A stretch of DNA of 64,000 bases from assembly GCA_964016885.1 (NCBI GenBank), contig OZ024740.1, positions 392,708,001-392,772,000 on the forward strand, read 5' to 3'. This document shows positions 58,570 through 64,000 of the stretch, one piece after another. Source of the stretch: Eledone cirrhosa. Its lineage: Eukaryota. Each line of letters starts with the position of its first letter. The stretch's first letter is position 1. The position numbers and the translations under genes are program-made. The notes below the pieces were generated by a model, which did not search any database, had not been told where the DNA came from, and saw only the letters and a list, made by a program, of their open reading frames with translations.

Positions 58570-59027
58570 ACTTCCTTATATGGGAAGATTGTAGTTATTT
58601 AAACAAAGTCTGCTTTGTGTCTCCATATATATATTTATATATATATATCCTCCGCCCTTTGCGGAGGAACTCAGCAGAGTCAACGACCATCCAAATAGTA
58701 GTTTCTTTTGTTTTTTGGTTTTTCACTGGCAGTGAACCCCCAGTTGTTGTCACCACACCTTTCTCGGAGAGGGAAACTCTGAAAAAAAACCTGTGGCTTC
58801 GGAAGCATCCGAAGATGATGACTAGTTCTCCTTCTCGGGTAGTGTTTCCATTGCTCAGAGAGTGGGATTTGGTCGAGTGCAAGGCCTTTCCCCACTTAAA
58901 AAACCTTCAAAGCACAGACATTGCTTATTCAGGATATGTTGCAGGCTTGTGTGGCTGGCTGTAGTCTAAAAGTGCACCAAACTCTATAATCTGACAAGCG
59001 ATTGTAATACGCTTAGCAGAGTTTTCA

Positions 59028-59097
<70 letters not shown>

Positions 59098-59393
59098 GTA
59101 TATATATGATCTAGAGGAGTAAGCTTCGATAAAAATCCTGCTTGTCTCATGATAAGCAGTAGTTCATGTGGTGACCTTCAGTTTCATTAGCTGACTTCGG
59201 CGTCATGAACACCTGTGGCTTCGCAGAGAATTGACTATTAATTCGACACTGATTTGGCACAACCGCTCTGGTAAGCGGAGAAATCTATGAGTATGCAGGG
59301 CAGTTGTGACGGGCTGCATATATTCTAGCCATTAGAAAAAGTAAAATGTTTCTCCTTCGACGGAGGGATGTCTCAAGAGAGAAGACAATATAT

Positions 59394-59451
<58 letters not shown>

Positions 59452-59590
59452 ATAATAATAAATTTGAAGACTAAAATCTATATATATATGGAAAATATCC
59501 TTATAAAACCATATTTATTTTATAAAATAAAAATGGTTTTATAAGGTTATTTTCCATTTATTAATATTATTGATATATATATATATATAC

Positions 59591-59682
<92 letters not shown>

Positions 59683-60399
59683 AACAATGGACTCTCCCTT
59701 CGTTATTGACGTATGTGTATCCATCAGTTTTCGCTTAGTCATCTATGTCTGCCAAACAGATGGACTACCATAATGATGATTGTTTAAAGAGACAAATGCT
59801 TGTGAAAGACCAGTCGCACCTTTTAGATCTACTGATATCTGAGTATCGGTACACGCGTGTGCCACAGTACACCTCGAACAGCAGTCCTTGTGTTTTATTG
59901 CCACGGAGTTTAACTTCGCACGTAGTGTATCGTTGAATAGTTGTTGACTCTTATAAGTTATTTCTCCTATTGGCACACGTATTCGGTTTGGTGTCGTGTT
60001 CCTTCTTGTCTCATATTTTTCTGGTTTAATAACTGGCTTAAGGCAATTTACATGCCTCAGTTTTTAGCCAAATCGTCTGTGTAATGCTCTATTCTCTTGT
60101 TCATCTGCTAATTGTCTGATGTAATTTAAATAGGACGGAACGTCCTATTTAAATTACATCAGACGTTCCGTCCTATTTATTTTTCCCTTGACATTAACGA
60201 ATCTATTTTGCCTCGTCTTTCAGCCTTTCTCCTGTCTAATTCCGAACAGTCGTTATGATAATTTTCCCACGGGCAAGGCTATATTCCAAGCAATAGCCGT
60301 TATCATCCTGAATACCCATAACTCGGATTTCCTTGGATATCCTTGAACCTCCATGATCAGAGTGGATGGCTGGAGATCGGAAATTGCTTGTTTGTATTG

Positions 60400-61508
<1,109 letters not shown>

Positions 61509-61734
61509 GGCGAAACGTACGTAGGTGCACAATTATATAAACATGTTTTAACGGTTTTAAACTCTTTGTATTCATTTCCTTTATAATCGCTCTGCTTATT
61601 TTTCTCGCCCACTAAATATTGACGCCTCTAATATTTAACCCTGTAGGCACGAGTATTGAGCACACATGCATAAACTATTGGCAACTATATGTATCGACCA
61701 TCTTTCCATTCTCTTCTCTCTCTCGATACCTAAT

Positions 61735-61805
<71 letters not shown>

Positions 61806-61936
61806 GATAAATCTACCAAGAGTTTACGGTAGTGTCCAATCCGTATGAAGAACTCAATGTAATCCGGATATCATGGAAAGAAGAGATGCAATGAAAAATC
61901 ACTTTCGGTGAAAGATAAACGGAATACAGAGTCAAG

Positions 61937-62375
61937 ATAAAATATTAAAAAAATAATGAATAAAACAATGAAACAGTTCCTTATATTAAACAAAAAAAGT
62001 TCATTATTTAACGATCGTTTCTAGGATATATATGTGTTAGAATTGGCATGCATATTCAACAGATCTATGTACAAAATTATACAAAATTATACAAACTATC
62101 AAAATTAAATATACATACCAACACATATATATGCCGTCTTCAGACGGCATATATATGTGTTGGTATGTATGAAGACGGCATATATATGTGTTGGTATGTA
62201 TATTTAATTTTGATAGTTTGTATAATTTTGTATAATTTTGTACATAGATCTGTTGAATATGCATGCCAATTCTAACACATATATATCCTAGAAACGATCG
62301 TTAAATAATGAACTTTTTTTGTTTAATATAAGGAACTGTTTCATTGTTTTATTCATTATTTTTTTAATATTTTAT
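61937..62375. repeat. 440-bp palindrome that folds back at a hammerhead core
   Basis: Mirror ORFs 62037..62264 and 62048..62275. Minus strand 62143-62009 reads CTGAAGA, a long stem II, then GAAAC gatc GTT. Confidence 0.9.
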
Positions 62376-62414
62376 ATATATATATACATAATATACATTC
62401 TACTTTACTTGCAG

Positions 62415-62481
62415 CTGCTGGAATACTCATCCGACGTCATCCTACTGGATATTACGTTCAGCCATTGTGGCTTCTATAATT
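62415..62481 (+). CDS. Class B GPCR coding exon (ECL2 CW motif, TM5 start, 67 nt)
   Basis: ttgcAG|...|GTaagt, phase 2 to phase 0. Translates (Y)CWNTHPTSSYWILRSAIVASII. Confidence 0.93.
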
Positions 62482-62508
62482 GTAAGTCTATATGAATATT
62501 ATTTATCA

Positions 62509-62574
<66 letters not shown>

Positions 62575-63129
62575 ATGTGTATGTGTGTGTGCGTGTTATG
62601 AGGAATATTCTCTGTGTGTGTGTGTTATGACGAATATTCTGTGTGTGTGTGTGTGACTATGTCAACAGGCAGAATTAAATATACTACAGAAATTATCGAG
62701 CTTCTGGTGATTTCGGGGCGTAACGCAGTATTAAGGACACTGGTGGAAACATTATAACTGAAGTTGGAATACAAGACAGAACTGAGCAAAATTCCAAAGG
62801 CCCATATTTTCCTTGAAAGTACATGAATTAGATCTTTACCAAAATCTTACTATCCATGTCTGACATTGGACGAACTAATAAGATGTTAGAAAAATCCCTT
62901 CAGTAAAAACAAATAAGTAAACGTAGCTTCGGGTTAAAAGCAAAATAAGTAATAAAGTAAAAAACTCTATACATTAAGACAATACTTAGGATTGAGGATA
63001 ATGTAGACGCACCTCTATGAAGAACGGAGAACCCCAGACACGTTCCTGAAAGCAGATGTGGAGGAGGACTTCTTATTACGAAGTCAGCGGATTTTCTGCC
63101 AGAAAGTTTTATTTGCTGATCTAAAGTCG

Positions 63130-63600
63130 GGTTCCAGTTTAAACCATAAGTTCAAGTATCTCGAGTGATGGAAACTAGGGGGCTGAATTAAGTGAAAGAA
63201 TTCCAGGAGCTAGTGCAGTAATACGCCAGCTTCAGCATTCGGTAATCAGAAGGGAGGTAGGTGTAAAAGCCAAACACACTATCTTCAATTCGTTATTCGT
63301 GCCAACACTTACCTATGGCTATGAATCTTGGGTAATGACCAAAAAGAACACGATCGCGAATACAAAAGACTGAAATGGGATTTCCCCGAAGGGTCTTTGA
63401 GGTAATGTTATTCGATAACGTATGTAGCCCAGATATTAGGGAGTTGCTCCAGGTAGAGCAGCTACTTCTCCGAATTGAGAGGTCACAGCTCCGATACTAT
63501 GGGCTTGTGGTTAGAATGTCTCAGAAAAGAATCAAATTTTGCGCGCAAAACCAACTTGTAGGGGACCCAGGGGTAGACATTGAACAATATGGCTGAAGAA
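63130..63600 (+). mobile_element. Degenerate RTE-clade LINE 3' fragment
   Basis: FKYL, PTLTYGYESW, EMGF.RR and IERSQLRY.G.V.RM motifs. Confidence 0.8.
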
Positions 63601-63707
63601 GAAGAAGTGTAATATATATATATATCTGCGAAATTGGAAATGTCTCCCTGGATAAAAGAGATCGTTTGATCACTTGATTCAATGTAAGCATGAGCACCAG
63701 TGACTCG

Positions 63708-63870
<163 letters not shown>

Positions 63871-64000
63871 AGATACGAGAATGTTTACGTATGTTTTGAG
63901 GTGGTCAGTACCGAACGACCAATTTGTTATAGAGACCAACAGCAACTCCCGTTTCCTTGACCGCATTAAGAAAGACCTTATATTTTATGGAGCAAGGTTT

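Noticed and set aside
58650-59030. Possible Ty3/gypsy RNase H relic on the minus strand (ELVIIFGC..HRF)
   Set aside because: Too degenerate to call without a profile search.

Overview
AT-rich, microsatellite-dense animal genomic DNA. The SINE and repeat content resembles a cephalopod/octopus genome, which is an inference. The window lies inside a + strand class B (secretin-family, PTH-receptor-like) GPCR gene. Five coding exons (TM1 to start of TM5) are visible at 122-216, 2801-2969, 4732-4888, 37471-37531 and 62415-62481, and the ORF track calls none of them in the correct frame. The two large introns (about 32.6 kb and 24.9 kb) are filled with mobile elements: a near-complete L1/Tx1-type LINE, R4/Dong-like, CRE-like and RTE-like LINE fragments, tRNA-derived SINEs, Helitron and Tc1/mariner relics, and several Penelope-like elements (PLEs). 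The most striking feature is a dense set of type I hammerhead ribozyme (HHR) motifs, more than 20 copies from about a dozen distinct sequence families. Many have non-canonical cores (compensatory U3-A8 'UUGANAA', or 'CCGAAGA'). They sit in (TA)n-flanked palindromes/foldbacks that share one polarity, and in 317-524 nt tandem non-coding units that resemble retrozymes. All motifs were read by eye; no folding or database search was run.
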